Assembly (NCBI GenBank): GCA_051652765.1
Contig: JBOFUV010000106.1
Location: 1-60,372 of the forward strand
Length of the DNA: 60,372 bases
Source of the DNA: Microcoleaceae cyanobacterium
GTDB lineage: Bacteria > Cyanobacteriota > Cyanobacteriia > Cyanobacteriales > Microcoleaceae
Direction: 5' to 3'
Shown one piece after another: positions 9,424-18,973 of this stretch (positions within the stretch are counted from its first letter, which is position 1; each line of letters opens with the position of its first letter). The position numbers and the translations under genes were made by a program. The notes below the pieces were generated by a model. It had not been told where the DNA came from. It saw nothing but the letters and a program-made list of their open reading frames with translations, and did not search any database.

Positions 9424-10743
9424 ATGAAATATTTAGACTCTATTCTTCCTTCATTAACTCCCTCGGTTTCTCAAAAGAAAGTAATGTTCTATTGCCAACA
9501 TATTCTTGGCATGGGGCATCTGGTTCGAAGCATGGAAATTGTTCGGGGTTTGATTCCTGAATTTCAAGTTTGTTTTATCAATGGCGGACAGGCAATTCAA
9601 GAGTTTCAGTTCCCTGAAGCAATTGAAGTTGTACATATCCCCGCAGTTGAAACTGATGCAGAATTTCAAGAGCTGAAACCTGTCGATCAAACACTCTCAA
9701 TGGCAGAGGTAGAAGAAGCCAGAACAGAGCAGTTGCTAGCAATCTGTGATCGCTTTCAGCCCGATATTCTAATTATTGAGTTATTTCCCTTTGGCAGACG
9801 GCGCTTCTCTTTTGAATTGATTCCCCTGCTAGAACAGGCAAAAGCAGCAGGGATTAAGGTTGTGTGTAGCTTGCGGGATATTGTTGTTACAAAGCAAGAT
9901 CAACAGCGCCATGAAGAGAAAGTTTGTCGCTTGATGAACAAGTATTTTGATTTGTTACTCATTCATGGCGATCCCGAATTTATTACATTGGATCTAAGTT
10001 TTTCTCGGGTTCATGACTTGGAATGTGCCGTTCACTACACAGGCTACGTTACTCAACCATTACCCGGATTAACCGCCGTTGATCAACCCAACTTGTCTTT
10101 GTCAACTCCCTTGCCAGTTCACTTACCAAAGCCCACTATTTTAGTGAGTGTTGGGGGAGGACGATTCGGCCATGATTTACTAGAATGTGTGGTGCAAACT
10201 GCGCCTATTTTACAGGAAAAAATTCCTCATCATATCCAAGTCTTTACAGGGCCATTTTCACCTGAGTTTGTATTTAATCAACTCCAAGATCTTGCCGTTG
10301 GACAAGCCAATTTGACTGTTGATCGATATACTCCAAACTTTCTGAGTTACATGCAGCAAGCAGATTTATCGATCGGGATGTCAGGCTACAACACTACAAT
10401 GAATATTCTCAGCACAGGAGTAAAAGCAATGATGATGCCATTTCTAGGAAATGGTGATTTAGAGCAACTGACTCGGGTTCAAAAACTGGCGGAAATTGGT
10501 CGAGTGAGAATGATTGAACCGGAAGATTTAGAGCCCTATAAGTTTGCGGAGAAAATTGTGAGTTATCTACAAGAAAGTCCGATGACTTTGCGCTTGGATT
10601 TAGACGGTGTTACGAATACAGCTTACTACTTACGTCAACTGGTTAGTAAAGACAGTATTTTTGAAGAGAATGTTACTGAAGAAAATACTTTTAAAGACAA
10701 CGTTACTGAAGAAAATATCACTGAACAAAAAAGTGTTGCCTAG
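9424..10743 (+). CDS. Second GT28 C-terminal / COG4671-like glycosyltransferase
   Basis: YCQHILGMGHLVRS, ELFPFGRRRF, SLRDI, SVGGGRFG, MSGYNT, EQLTR; acidic repeat tail (ENVTE-like x4). Confidence 0.85.
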   Translation: MKYLDSILPSLTPSVSQKKVMFYCQHILGMGHLVRSMEIVRGLIPEFQVCFINGGQAIQEFQFPEAIEVVHIPAVETDAEFQELKPVDQTLSMAEVEEARTEQLLAICDRFQPDILIIELFPFGRRRFSFELIPLLEQAKAAGIKVVCSLRDIVVTKQDQQRHEEKVCRLMNKYFDLLLIHGDPEFITLDLSFSRVHDLECAVHYTGYVTQPLPGLTAVDQPNLSLSTPLPVHLPKPTILVSVGGGRFGHDLLECVVQTAPILQEKIPHHIQVFTGPFSPEFVFNQLQDLAVGQANLTVDRYTPNFLSYMQQADLSIGMSGYNTTMNILSTGVKAMMMPFLGNGDLEQLTRVQKLAEIGRVRMIEPEDLEPYKFAEKIVSYLQESPMTLRLDLDGVTNTAYYLRQLVSKDSIFEENVTEENTFKDNVTEENITEQKSVA

Positions 10744-10805
10744 TCAGAGTTCACCACGCCTGAGTTCATCGAATGTTTACACCTTGATTAAGGAAGAATT
10801 GACCC

Positions 10806-12032
10806 ATGCAATCCCAGAAAAAAGTCTGTTTAACCGCCCAAGAATTTCCGCCAGATGTAGGCGGAGTGGGTGAATCTGCTAAGCGAATTGCTTTACTGTT
10901 GCAAGACTTAGGCTATGAAGTTCACGTTGCAATTTTCCGAGCAGTTTTTCGCAGGGAAAGAAAGTTAGCTGAAGCAGGAGAGTGGCAACGTTCTCGATGT
11001 GAGACAACAGAACAAGATGATATTTTTGTCCATCGGTTGTATCCAGCCATTCGGTCTACGGTTGCTCGGGATCAAGATTACTTAATGGATATTTATGGGC
11101 AATTAAAGTCTCTCCATCAACAGCATCAGTTTGATGTACTTCATGCCTTTTTTATCAATGAAACAGGCTTTGTTACAACAATGCTAGCGAAAGAAAATGG
11201 CTTGCCTGTGATCAACAGCGTGCGGGGTGCAGACCTGCATAAACACATTTTTGACAGTCAGCAACAAAAGCAAATTGCCTGGACTTTAGAAAATTCCTCT
11301 TGGGCAACGTTTGTGAGTCGAGACTTAATGAAGCGCGCCAGATTGTTCACTCCGGCTGTAACGCCTAAATCCTCAGCATTTTGGAACTCGATTGTACCCG
11401 TAGAATTTGACAATTTGCCTACTCCAGCTTTGGTTAATCAGTTAAGGGGAACTGTTATTGGCTCAGTGGGGAATTTCAGAGATAAGAAGGGCGTTGAATA
11501 CCTTCTAGATGCTTGTCAAAGTTTTCCTCAAGACTTGGAATTCACCCTGCTATTTGTTGGGGATTTTGTATCCAAAGAAATGGAGTATTGGCAACAGGAA
11601 CTAGACAGAAGTGGACTCAGCGATCGCATTGTAATTACCGGGAAAATTAGCCGGGAAGAAGCCCTTGCTTATCTGCCTTACATGGATATCTTTGCGATTC
11701 CTTCCCTCAATGATGGCTGCCCGAATGCCATGTTGGAAGCGATGTTGGCAGAGCGAGCAATTGTTGGAACCAATGTGGATGCGATTGGGGAAATTTTAGA
11801 ACATGGTGTCAATGGTTTACTGGTTAATCCATGCTCCAGTGAAGAATTAGCAGAGGCTTTAAATCTGTTAATCGAACAGCCGTTGTTGAATCAGCGGTTT
11901 GGAAAAGCGGCGAAGCAAAAAGTTTTGCAGCAGCTCAGCCCTGCTGTTGAACAAGCAAATTGGGAGAGCATTTACGCCAAGGTTTTGGGGACTTCTGTGA
12001 AGCCTCAACTTGCCGTTGCTAGTATTGCTTGA
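10806..12032 (+). CDS. Glycosyltransferase family 4
   Basis: FPPDVGGV, RDKKG, PSLNDGCPNAMLEAM (D/E-x7-E motif), GVNGLLV. Confidence 0.92.
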   Translation: MQSQKKVCLTAQEFPPDVGGVGESAKRIALLLQDLGYEVHVAIFRAVFRRERKLAEAGEWQRSRCETTEQDDIFVHRLYPAIRSTVARDQDYLMDIYGQLKSLHQQHQFDVLHAFFINETGFVTTMLAKENGLPVINSVRGADLHKHIFDSQQQKQIAWTLENSSWATFVSRDLMKRARLFTPAVTPKSSAFWNSIVPVEFDNLPTPALVNQLRGTVIGSVGNFRDKKGVEYLLDACQSFPQDLEFTLLFVGDFVSKEMEYWQQELDRSGLSDRIVITGKISREEALAYLPYMDIFAIPSLNDGCPNAMLEAMLAERAIVGTNVDAIGEILEHGVNGLLVNPCSSEELAEALNLLIEQPLLNQRFGKAAKQKVLQQLSPAVEQANWESIYAKVLGTSVKPQLAVASIA

Positions 12033-12093
12033 ATTTAATCTGATTAATTCTTCTGTTTGACTCTGTAAACCTGACTAAAACTCAACGAAAATC

Positions 12094-13131
12094 ATGACTC
12101 AACTCAATTTGACTCAACCCAATTCCATTCAACCCAATTCTATTCAACCCAGTGTAACAATTGTTGTTTCTCCCAGGGAGCGGTTTAGCTACAGCCGTGA
12201 ATCCCTGGAGAGTATCTATCAGAATACCCAGTATCCTTTCTCACTAGTTTATGTTGACGGGGGATCTCCTAAGCTGATTCATAACTATTTGCAAGAACAA
12301 TCTAAAACCCGAGGATTTAAGTTAATTCGGACTGAACATTATCTGGCTCCAAACCAAGCTCGAAATCTGAGTTTGCCCGCAGTTGATACGGATTATGTTC
12401 TATTTATTGACAATGATGTTTATGTTGAGTCTGGCTGGTTAGAGAAATTAATTGATTGCGCCCAAGAAACTGATGCGACAGTGGTTTGTCCCTTAGTTTG
12501 TATTGGCAAAGAACGGGGCAAAAAAGTTCATCTTGCCGGGGGTGAAGCTCGAATTGTACTAGAAGTAAAAAATGGTAAAACTCGCCGCAAAGTTCATGAA
12601 AAGCATTACTTCGTCAATCGTCCTGTTGCTGATATCGAGGATCAACTGCACCGCCGTCAGTGTGAATTTGCTGAGTTCCACTGTATGTTGGTCAAAACTG
12701 ATATCTTCAAAACCATTGGGCAACTTGATGAAAAGCTACTTAGTACGCGGGAACATATTGACTTCTGCCTAACCGTGACTAATGCGGGTGGAAAAATCTA
12801 CTGTGAACCAGAGTCTGTTGTTACCTATGTTCCAGGTTGTAACCTTGAGTATGGTGATGTCTCCTATTTTATGCTGCGGTGGAGCGATGCTTGGGAAGTA
12901 GCAAGTTTAGAACATTTTGTGCAGAAATGGGATGTTACTAAGAAGGATAAGTATTTCAAGAAGCGTTACAATCGCCTGGGGAGCCGTCGCCATCAAGTCT
13001 TTCTCCGTCCGATGGTGCGTCAGTTATCCTTTGGGGGCTACTTTACCTGGTTGGAAAAGCTATTGGTTGTTGGAGAACGGAAACTGAATGCCTTTGTCAG
13101 CAAGCGCTATGATACTCAACTAACCCCGTAA
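12094..13131 (+). CDS. Glycosyltransferase family 2
   Basis: VTIVV, VYVDGGS, QARN, LFIDND (DxD), REHIDFC. Confidence 0.9.
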   Translation: MTQLNLTQPNSIQPNSIQPSVTIVVSPRERFSYSRESLESIYQNTQYPFSLVYVDGGSPKLIHNYLQEQSKTRGFKLIRTEHYLAPNQARNLSLPAVDTDYVLFIDNDVYVESGWLEKLIDCAQETDATVVCPLVCIGKERGKKVHLAGGEARIVLEVKNGKTRRKVHEKHYFVNRPVADIEDQLHRRQCEFAEFHCMLVKTDIFKTIGQLDEKLLSTREHIDFCLTVTNAGGKIYCEPESVVTYVPGCNLEYGDVSYFMLRWSDAWEVASLEHFVQKWDVTKKDKYFKKRYNRLGSRRHQVFLRPMVRQLSFGGYFTWLEKLLVVGERKLNAFVSKRYDTQLTP

Positions 13132-13357
13132 CCTGCTCAGGGAGCAGTTCTTCCCTTTCGCCTTTCCCTTGAACAGTTCCCTTGAACTGCCCATCTGAAG
13201 TCATTTACCTCACCAATACCTAACCCTCAGTCTGCTCCATCATCGATCACGATAAGATTTTCTGAGGTAGAAAGAAAGTCACAGCCAGGGCCATCTACTT
13301 CAGGGTGAAATCCCTCGCCATTAACGACACATTTACTGTCAGTTGTAACAAAAATCG

Positions 13358-15196
13358 ATGAAAAAAAAGAAGCCTCCCAAGAACTTAAATCAAGCTGCTG
13401 GAGGGACTCGGCGGATCTTCCGCCATTTCTGGCCCCAAATCCGCAAGCAAGGCCGCTTGATTTCACTGTCGTTCTTGGCATTGCTAGGTGAGACAGGATT
13501 TCGCTTGCTAGAGCCTTGGCCGATTAAGTTTGTATTTGACGAGATCCTGTTTAAGGAGTTCAAGGTTGACGGATTCAGGGTTCCGTTCCTAGATAACTTA
13601 ACTGCTTTTGAGCTACTGTCCTTGTTGGCGATCGCCATCGTTGTCACCGCCTTTTTTCGGGGGATGATGGCCTACTTCAGCACCGCCGGTATGGCCGTTG
13701 CTGCCACGAAGGTCTTAGCGGATGTTCGGGCTAACTTGTATACCCATCTGCAAAGCCTGTCCCTCTCATTCCACCACAAAGCCAAAACGGGAGACTTGAT
13801 TACTCGGGTCACCTACGATGTCGAGCGCCTGCGGGAAGTTACGGTGGTTGCAGCCCTGCCCCTACTGACCAACCTTCTAACCATGGTGGGGATGGTCGGG
13901 GTGATGTTCTGGATGAACGTCGAACTGGCCCTGATTACAACGGCTATCTTCCCCGTGTTCCTGGTAACAACTGCAACTATGAGCCGTCGCATTCACAAGG
14001 TCTCGAAGCAGCAGCGAGAGCGAGAAGGAGCAATGGCAGCCACAGCGGCAGAGGCCATTGGAGCAATTAAAGTCGTTCAAGCTCTTTCCCTGGAATCAAT
14101 TCTAGGAACCTCTTTTGCCAAGGAAAACCGCAAGAGTCTAGATGAAAGCGCCCAAACTCAAAAGCTACGGGCAGGGCAGGAACGCACAGTAGAAGTATTG
14201 GTTTCTACTGTTATCGCCCTTGTGCTCTGGCGAGGGGTGTTGTTGATTTTGGATGGGGTCATGACTCCAGGGGATCTATTGGTTTTCTTAACATATCTCA
14301 AGATAGCGTTCAAGCCCATGCGTCAATTGGCCAAGTATGTGGGTCAAATTGCCAAGGCGATTTCCTCTGGGGAACGGATTGTTGATCTGCTAGAAATTGA
14401 GCCCGAGGTGAAGAATTTGGACAATGCCTATCCAGCTCCCTGGTTCAATGGCCAAGTCACGTTCCGGGATGTCAGTTTTGGCTATGAACCGGGTCGAGAA
14501 ATCCTCAAGGAGATTTGCTTTACGGCCACTCCCGGTCAAAAAGTTGCCTTAGTCGGAGGCTCTGGGGGCGGAAAGTCAACTTTAGTGAGTTTGCTGCTGC
14601 GGCTGTATGATCCCCAAACAGGTCAGGTGCTGATCGATGGGAGAGATATCCGGGAATACACCCTTGAGTCCCTGCGGCGACAGATTAGCGTCGTGCTGCA
14701 AGACAGTATTCTGTTTGCTACCACGATTCGAGATAATATTGCCTACGGTCATGCCAAGGCAACGAATGCAGAAGTCGAACAAGCGGCTTGCCTTGCCAAT
14801 GCCCATGACTTTATTCTGGAACTGCCCCAAGGCTACGATACCGTTGTTGGGGAGCGAGGGGCAACCTTGTCTGGGGGACAACGCCAGAGAATTGCGATCG
14901 CCCGCGCCGCCATTCGCAAAGCCCCGATTGTGATCCTGGATGAACCCACAGTCGGTCTAGACAATCGCAGCGAACGGATCGTGACAGAAGCTTTGGAACG
15001 TCTCACAGCTTACTCCACCACGTTTCTAATCACCCACGATCTGCACAGCGCTCAGACCGCTGACCAAATTTTCTACATGGAAGATGGAACCATTCTAGAA
15101 CGGGGAACCCATCAGGAACTCATGGGTCTGGGTCAGCATTATGCAACATTGTATCGATTGCAGGAAACCGTTCAACTGTCTGTTACCCCAGGATAA
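13358..15196 (+). CDS. ABC exporter, fused permease/ATPase (MsbA/ABCB-like half transporter)
   Basis: Multiple TM helices; Walker A GGSGGGKST, signature LSGGQRQR, Walker B ILDE, H-loop ITH. Confidence 0.95.
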   Translation: MKKKKPPKNLNQAAGGTRRIFRHFWPQIRKQGRLISLSFLALLGETGFRLLEPWPIKFVFDEILFKEFKVDGFRVPFLDNLTAFELLSLLAIAIVVTAFFRGMMAYFSTAGMAVAATKVLADVRANLYTHLQSLSLSFHHKAKTGDLITRVTYDVERLREVTVVAALPLLTNLLTMVGMVGVMFWMNVELALITTAIFPVFLVTTATMSRRIHKVSKQQREREGAMAATAAEAIGAIKVVQALSLESILGTSFAKENRKSLDESAQTQKLRAGQERTVEVLVSTVIALVLWRGVLLILDGVMTPGDLLVFLTYLKIAFKPMRQLAKYVGQIAKAISSGERIVDLLEIEPEVKNLDNAYPAPWFNGQVTFRDVSFGYEPGREILKEICFTATPGQKVALVGGSGGGKSTLVSLLLRLYDPQTGQVLIDGRDIREYTLESLRRQISVVLQDSILFATTIRDNIAYGHAKATNAEVEQAACLANAHDFILELPQGYDTVVGERGATLSGGQRQRIAIARAAIRKAPIVILDEPTVGLDNRSERIVTEALERLTAYSTTFLITHDLHSAQTADQIFYMEDGTILERGTHQELMGLGQHYATLYRLQETVQLSVTPG

Positions 15197-15223
15197 GCCA
15201 ACTTAACCGCAAGGAGTCCCATC

Positions 15224-16414
15224 ATGACGTTATCCCTCATTTCTACCCCATCTTTAATCTCTACTGCTCAATCCGCCCAGAAGCCCCAACGCCACAAGGC
15301 CACTGAAGTCATTCTGGTCAGGCACGGTCGCAGCACCTACAACGAGCAGGGCCGCCATCAAGGATGCAGTGATGAGTCTGTTCTAACCGATCAAGGTCGA
15401 GAAGCGGCCTATCAAACTGGATTGGCTCTAAGTGATTTTAAATTTGATGCGATCTATACCAGCCCACTCAAACGAGTTCGTCAAACCACTGGGAAAATTC
15501 TGCAAGCACTCAACGAATTCGGACAATATTCACCACCCTTGTGGGTAGATACTCGACTGACAGAAATTAATATGGCTTGTTGGGAAGGTTTAACCTATCA
15601 ACATGTTCGAGAACATTTGACAGAAGATTACACTTGCTGGAAACAAACCCCCCATCTGTTCGCCTTCAACTCTGCATCCGGTCAGCCTTACTTTCCCCTA
15701 CCAGAACTTTATCAACAGGCGCAATTATTCTGGCAAGAAATTTTAGTCAAACACTGTGGCCAGAGAATTTTAGTTGTGGCCCACGGAGGCACAAATCGTG
15801 CTTTGATTAGTACGGCCATCGGTTTAAATCCCCAAGACTATCACACCATGCAACAGTCTAATACCTGTATTAACTGGCTGGAGTTTCCAGTTCCAGGAAA
15901 TTTAACTGGAACAATAAAGTGGCTCAATTGTACCAGTCACCTGGGAGAAACTCTCCCAAAATTGAAGGAAGGTAAGCAGGGCTGGCGCTGGGTCTTGATC
16001 TCAAACCAACTTCAGAACCTGCATCAGTTTCAGGATCATCTCTCCCAAGAGCCGATTGAAATGGTTCTCAGCGATAACTCCGACGCTTCTGAAACTATGG
16101 CTAGAAACTGGTGTACGGTATGCCCGAGTACGGTACATTTATCCGTGAATCACGCCAATTTTTTGGAGGTCTGGCAACAGACCATTGCCGCCAAGCAAAA
16201 AGTACAGCCCGTCCCCAATTCCAGATTAACGACTAGTTTAATCGTGGTTAATCCGCAACTGTTAACTCAGATTATGACTAAGATTTTTCACCCCGCTGCC
16301 TTGCTAAATTCAGCTGCTGGGTTCGGTGTGGTTCACTATCCTCAAGGACATCACCATCCGATTCTGCAAGGCTTGCTACCCATTAACAACCTCTCAGAAC
16401 TTGCTGTCACCTAG
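15224..16414 (+). CDS. Histidine phosphatase (phosphoglycerate mutase superfamily) with a degenerate C-terminal domain
   Basis: ILVRHG, SPLKR, LTEIN, VVAHGGTNR. Confidence 0.9.
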   Translation: MTLSLISTPSLISTAQSAQKPQRHKATEVILVRHGRSTYNEQGRHQGCSDESVLTDQGREAAYQTGLALSDFKFDAIYTSPLKRVRQTTGKILQALNEFGQYSPPLWVDTRLTEINMACWEGLTYQHVREHLTEDYTCWKQTPHLFAFNSASGQPYFPLPELYQQAQLFWQEILVKHCGQRILVVAHGGTNRALISTAIGLNPQDYHTMQQSNTCINWLEFPVPGNLTGTIKWLNCTSHLGETLPKLKEGKQGWRWVLISNQLQNLHQFQDHLSQEPIEMVLSDNSDASETMARNWCTVCPSTVHLSVNHANFLEVWQQTIAAKQKVQPVPNSRLTTSLIVVNPQLLTQIMTKIFHPAALLNSAAGFGVVHYPQGHHHPILQGLLPINNLSELAVT

Positions 16415-16424
16415 CAACCCGTTG

Positions 16425-17951
16425 ATGCTACAAACTGTTTTGCGTCGCTCCGTCTCCATCCTTGGAACCTTCGTCTTTCTACTCTTAGGCCCGACCAGAG
16501 CCTTTGCAGACCCTCAACATCCACAACTCACTTCAACGGTAGATCCCCTTGAAGATGTTACGCCGATCCATCAGTTGACAGAAATTTGGACTGAGGATTG
16601 GTCGTTTCAAGCCTTGCAAGCTTTGGGGGGGCGCTATGGCTGTATTCAGGCATTTCCAAATCCCTTGGGCGGGAACGTCGCCCTAAATCGCGCTGAATTT
16701 GCAGTCCTGTTACAAGCTTGTTTGGAGCAACTGACTCAGCAACCAGGGTTAAGTCAGTTGGTCAGCCAGAACGATTTAACCATCCTGCGAAAATTATCCA
16801 CAGAATTTGCCAGTGAGCTAAAACCCTTGCAAAATCGCGTGAACGCTTTGGACGATCAGGTCAGTCAACTAGAGTCAGAGCAGTTTTCGACCACAACTCG
16901 ACTGACAGGGGAAACCCTGTTTCAGTTTGGGGATAGCTTTGGCCAGTCTGAAGGGCAACCGTTTCTGGGCTACCGAGTTCGGCTTAGCTTTGACACCAGT
17001 TTTACGGGTCAGGATTTGCTCCGTACCCGCATCGAAGCCAGAGATATTGCCCGATTGGATGATCTGACTGGAACTGCCATGGCCCGCCTGGGAACTGATG
17101 GCGGTGATGATGACGAGGCAACTCTTGAGTTGGCCTATCAATTTCCGATCGGAGACTCTACTCAAGTTTTAGTCGGCCCTCAAGGGGTAGGATTGAACGA
17201 TATTGGCGAGGTCTTAAGCCCCTTGTCCAGTGGGGGTCGGGGAGCAGTATCTCGATTTGGGCGACGTGATCCGGCTACCTTTCGGGCTCCGGGCGGAACA
17301 GGTGCTGGCATTCGATATCAATTCAGTGATCAACTGCGGGTAAATTTTGGTTACTTTGCTTCAGGGAGTGATGCCCAAGAGGCAGACCAAGGACTATTCA
17401 ACAGTTCCTATAGCATTCTGGCTCAACTTGTCGCGGAGCCCACCGACGAACTGAGTATTGCTCTGACTTATACCCATGCCTATCATCGCAGCGAAGATGT
17501 GAATCTCATGGGGGCAACTGGAACTCAAGGGGCCAATCAACCCTTTGGAAACAATGCGACCTCCAGCGATCGCTTGGGCCTACAAGTGAACTGGGAAGCA
17601 AGTTCGGGGGTTGAACTGGGAGGATGGTTTGGTTACACAAAGGCGACTCAACAACAGAATGGAGATTACGAAGCAACCATTCTGAACGGGGCCTTGATTT
17701 TGGCATTCCCAGACCTCTTGATTGACAACAGTTTAGCTGGAATTATTGTTGGGATTCCTCCAGTGGTTAGTGACCATGACATTGAAGCGTTGGTTGACCA
17801 GAAAACAGCTTGGCATCTTGAGGCCCTCTATCGGTTTCAAATCAGCGACTTCATTGAAATCACTCCCGGAACTTTTGTAATCATCAACCCTGATCTTGAT
17901 GACACAGACCTGATTTGGGTTGGTACGATCCGAACTCAGTTTAGTTTCTAA
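16425..17951 (+). CDS. Cyanobacterial outer-membrane porin (SLH domain, coiled coil, OprB-type beta-barrel)
   Basis: Signal peptide ending AFA; DWSFQALQAL..RYGC; QFSTTTRLTGE; RVRLSFDTSFTGQDLLRTR; C-terminal GTIRTQFSF. Confidence 0.92.
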   Translation: MLQTVLRRSVSILGTFVFLLLGPTRAFADPQHPQLTSTVDPLEDVTPIHQLTEIWTEDWSFQALQALGGRYGCIQAFPNPLGGNVALNRAEFAVLLQACLEQLTQQPGLSQLVSQNDLTILRKLSTEFASELKPLQNRVNALDDQVSQLESEQFSTTTRLTGETLFQFGDSFGQSEGQPFLGYRVRLSFDTSFTGQDLLRTRIEARDIARLDDLTGTAMARLGTDGGDDDEATLELAYQFPIGDSTQVLVGPQGVGLNDIGEVLSPLSSGGRGAVSRFGRRDPATFRAPGGTGAGIRYQFSDQLRVNFGYFASGSDAQEADQGLFNSSYSILAQLVAEPTDELSIALTYTHAYHRSEDVNLMGATGTQGANQPFGNNATSSDRLGLQVNWEASSGVELGGWFGYTKATQQQNGDYEATILNGALILAFPDLLIDNSLAGIIVGIPPVVSDHDIEALVDQKTAWHLEALYRFQISDFIEITPGTFVIINPDLDDTDLIWVGTIRTQFSF

Positions 17952-18143
17952 GCTTAAGACGGGCTCTATGTCAGGGAATAGCGTAGGGGTCGCTGCAAAG
18001 TATCTGTTAGTCTTCAGCAGCCATCTTCTATGAAAAGCTTCTGTAGCAAGCTTCTATGGTCAGGTTTTGAGTGAGTCAGGGTTTGAGGACTAACAACAAG
18101 GTCAGAAACAAGGTAAGCAAAAAGGTAAGAATAAAGTAACTTC

Positions 18144-18359
18144 TCAGTTAGTTGGGTTTTGCCATTGACTCAGAACATTGTGAAGCCGTTCACCCAGACT
18201 GTGCCAATAGGTTGCGAGTTCTAAGCTTCCATCTGTTTTAAGGAACTGAGCTTCCTTCAGGCAGTGAACGGAAAGTTCCTGAATCACGGCAGTTACGCCA
18301 TGTTCTTCGATGAGTTGATTTAGCGTTCTGGTGAGCTGTTCAGGCTTGGGTTCAGTCAT
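18144..18359 (-). CDS. Small hypothetical protein (71 aa)
   Basis: AGGAG upstream of the ATG, plausible amphipathic helical sequence, lies in an otherwise empty region. Confidence 0.7.
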   Translation of the reverse strand: MTEPKPEQLTRTLNQLIEEHGVTAVIQELSVHCLKEAQFLKTDGSLELATYWHSLGERLHNVLSQWQNPTN

Positions 18360-18592
18360 GGGTCGGCTCCTGCTAAATTTACTTTCTTTGAATCTATTAT
18401 CTTTGATTGATTTTGTTTAGGGGATCGAGCCTTAACCCTTAGAAAGAAAAGATTTTACAAAAGCTCATAGTCAGTAATTTATACAACAAGAAACTAACTC
18501 GAGTTCAATATACATTCAGTACATACACCCTCATATCTACAGGTACATAGGGGTTAAACCCACTCAGGCCAGATCCCCGTATAAGATTGACA

Positions 18593-18656
18593 TGTAGTTT
18601 TGTATACTTACTTAAAGCCCAAGTAAAATCATAGAAATCCTGTAATAAGTACTACG
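18593..18656. promoter_or_regulatory. Two GTA-N8-TAC NtcA-like boxes (18594-18607 and 18642-18655)
   Basis: tGTAgttttgtaTACt and tGTAataagtacTACg between divergent hypothetical genes; no TAN3T at the canonical 22-nt spacing. Confidence 0.4.
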
Positions 18657-18973
18657 GGTTTTTAATGGATTTAAGCAGCCCTCAACTGATACAATTCTAT
18701 AGGATCAAGCATTGCCCACAGAGCCTAAGTAGACTGGATAAATTAAGGATTAGATAGTATCGGCATCTTGCCTGTGTTCATATCTTTTCTCTGACAAGAG
18801 ACATGGAAATGCTAGCTTGGCTCTTGGAGTAGATGCTGGTAGCCGTAGACTGTATCTTGAAACAATTTGCTTGACTTGTTCGTCAGATTAGACTGAATGG
18901 ATTTGAACGATCGGTTGGAGGGTGGCTAATCACAATCTTAAATTCTGGACAATTGTCCTGAACATCAGGGAGC

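Noticed and set aside
13227..13481. 84-aa minus-strand ORF between GT2 and the ABC exporter
   Set aside because: Half of it is antisense to the ABC gene; no motif
18860..18915. Glutamine (glnA) riboswitch suggested by minus-strand ATCGTTCA
   Set aside because: The downstream GACGGAAGTA and GAAGGAACG elements are missing
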